From: an uncultured Acidobacteriota bacterium
Lineage (GTDB): Bacteria > Acidobacteriota > UBA6911 > RPQK01 > JAPXNP01
Length of the DNA stretch: 64,000 bases
NCBI GenBank assembly: GCA_963777605.1
Contig: CAVZRV010000027.1
Span: 96,001-160,000, forward strand
Direction of reading: 5' to 3'
Positions 62,558-64,000 of this stretch are shown here, in pieces. Position 1 is the first letter of the stretch, and each line of letters starts with the position of its first letter. Position numbers and translations under genes: made by a program. The notes below the pieces were generated by a model, which worked only from the letters and a program-made list of their open reading frames with translations, was not told the DNA's origin and did no database searches.

Positions 62558-63925
62558 ATGAGCAAGTTCAGTCTGACGCGAAGGCAGTTCATGGCAGCAA
62601 CCTCCGCTGCGACGCTATCGGCATCCGGGTCGGCAAGTGCAGCCCCGGCGGTCTGGGGAAATCGCGACAAGGGAAAGCTGGCGATCTTCGGCGGTGAACC
62701 GGTCCGCACCAGGTCCTTTCCCGAATGGCCTTACTGGGACGACGACGTGCTAAACTCAATTGTCTCGACGGTCAAGAGCCGTAAATGGTGCCGAATCGAG
62801 GCCCCCGAGACCGGTACGGTGGTCACCTTTGAGCGGAAATACGCCGAGTTGCTCGGGGCCGGACACTGCGTCGCCACCGGATCAGGAACCCAGGCCCTGC
62901 ACACCTGTGTCGAGGCCCTCGGAATTGGTCCTGGCGACGAGGTCATCACCTCGCCCTATACCGATCCCGGAACGATCGCTTCGATCCTGGCCGCCAGGGC
63001 ACTCCCCGTGCTTGCGGACCTCGATCCCGCGTCCTATCAAATCGATCCGCAGGACGTGGAGAGACGCATCACGCCGAACACCCGCGCCATCATGCCCGTC
63101 CACATGATGGGGCAACCCTGCGACATGGATGCGATTATGGACATCGCCCGGCGGCACGACCTGAAGGTCATCGAGGACGCTTGCCAGGCCCATCTGGCCT
63201 CCCACCGCGGTAGAAAGCTGGGTACGATCGGCGACCTGGGGTGTTTCAGCTTTCAGTCGAGCAAGACTCTGGCTTGTGGTGAAGGGGGAGCCATCGTCGG
63301 AAACAACTCCGAACTCATGGATCGATGCTACACGGTCCACAATCACGGCACCTCCCGCCGCGGCCGGACCGAACTGGCCGGGCCCAAGTACCGGATGAAC
63401 GAACTCGAAGCCGCGCTTCTCCTGGGTCAGTGGCCCGGATTGGGGGATCGTTACCAGCTCCGCAATCGAAACGCGGGCTACCTGAGCCGCCGGCTTGCGG
63501 AGATGGAAGGTCTCACGCCGCAAAAGCTCTATCCCGGAACCGAGAGCGGATCGTTTTACCTCTATCCAACTTCCTATGACAAAAGCCGCTTCGGCGGGGC
63601 CGATCGGGCCCGCTTCCTGAAGGCGGTAGCGGCGGAAGGCGTCAGCCTGAGCCCGTACATCAAGCAGGGCCTGCACCGCGAACCCTGGGTCGACAATATT
63701 CTGGGGCAGGACCTCTACCAGCAGGAGTACGGGGCATCCCGGTTGAAGGAATATCGGGATCAGCTGCCATGCCCGAATTGTGATCGGGTTTGTGAGGAGA
63801 TGGTCATGATCTGGGCGTCGGGGCCGCTCTTGGGCAACGAGTCGGATATGGACGACATCGTCAACGCAATCTTGAAAGTGCACGAACACCGGGACCAGCT
63901 TGATCGCGTCGAGGTCGATGGCTGA
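62558..63925 (+). CDS. DegT/DnrJ/EryC1/StrS PLP aminotransferase with Tat signal
   Basis: LTRRQFM twin-Arg; SGTQAL, GPGDEVI, IEDACQAH and FSFQSSK...GEGG motifs. Confidence 0.92.
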   Translation: MSKFSLTRRQFMAATSAATLSASGSASAAPAVWGNRDKGKLAIFGGEPVRTRSFPEWPYWDDDVLNSIVSTVKSRKWCRIEAPETGTVVTFERKYAELLGAGHCVATGSGTQALHTCVEALGIGPGDEVITSPYTDPGTIASILAARALPVLADLDPASYQIDPQDVERRITPNTRAIMPVHMMGQPCDMDAIMDIARRHDLKVIEDACQAHLASHRGRKLGTIGDLGCFSFQSSKTLACGEGGAIVGNNSELMDRCYTVHNHGTSRRGRTELAGPKYRMNELEAALLLGQWPGLGDRYQLRNRNAGYLSRRLAEMEGLTPQKLYPGTESGSFYLYPTSYDKSRFGGADRARFLKAVAAEGVSLSPYIKQGLHREPWVDNILGQDLYQQEYGASRLKEYRDQLPCPNCDRVCEEMVMIWASGPLLGNESDMDDIVNAILKVHEHRDQLDRVEVDG

Positions 63926-63955
63926 TCATGGTGAATCGGGAAGGAGACCAGGCGA

Positions 63956-64000
63956 ATGTCTGACGTTCAAAAGAGCACTCGGCGAAACTTTCTGCGACTT
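63956..64000 (+). CDS. Start of a Tat-signal protein (truncated by window edge)
   Basis: AAGGAG RBS, then MSDVQKSTRRNFLRL. Confidence 0.6.
   Translation, partial: MSDVQKSTRRNFLRL

Overview
GC-rich bacterial chromosomal window; the gene families suggest Acidobacteriota (inference, no database search). 1-12.3 kb is housekeeping on the minus strand: tig-clpP-clpX-lon-engB-rho, then a trpE-G-D-F-C operon preceded by an unannotated Trp-rich leader peptide (MRLDNFLWRWWCS) and attenuator. A divergent tRNA-Lys(CTT) follows. The remaining ~52 kb is accessory: secreted or Tat-exported carbohydrate and sulfate-ester enzymes (2 sulfatases, 2 GH78-like, GH16, CBM9-like, PIG-L, 2 Gfo/Idh/MocA, DegT), a large S8 protease, a TonB-like protein, an alpha-carbonic anhydrase with a Na+/H+ antiporter, and several uncharacterised secreted proteins. 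I found no CRISPR array, prophage, integrase or transposase. The most unusual signals are non-coding: two ~300-bp REP-doublet-like elements flanking a sulfatase; a 116-bp MITE with tandem NrdR-box-like motifs nested in one of them; and many 7-mer/9-mer repeat or hairpin spacers. An unnamed ~100-aa repeat domain is shared by three secreted proteins. At least nine genes carry small frameshifts, most consistent with long-read consensus errors, so split genes are treated as probably intact.
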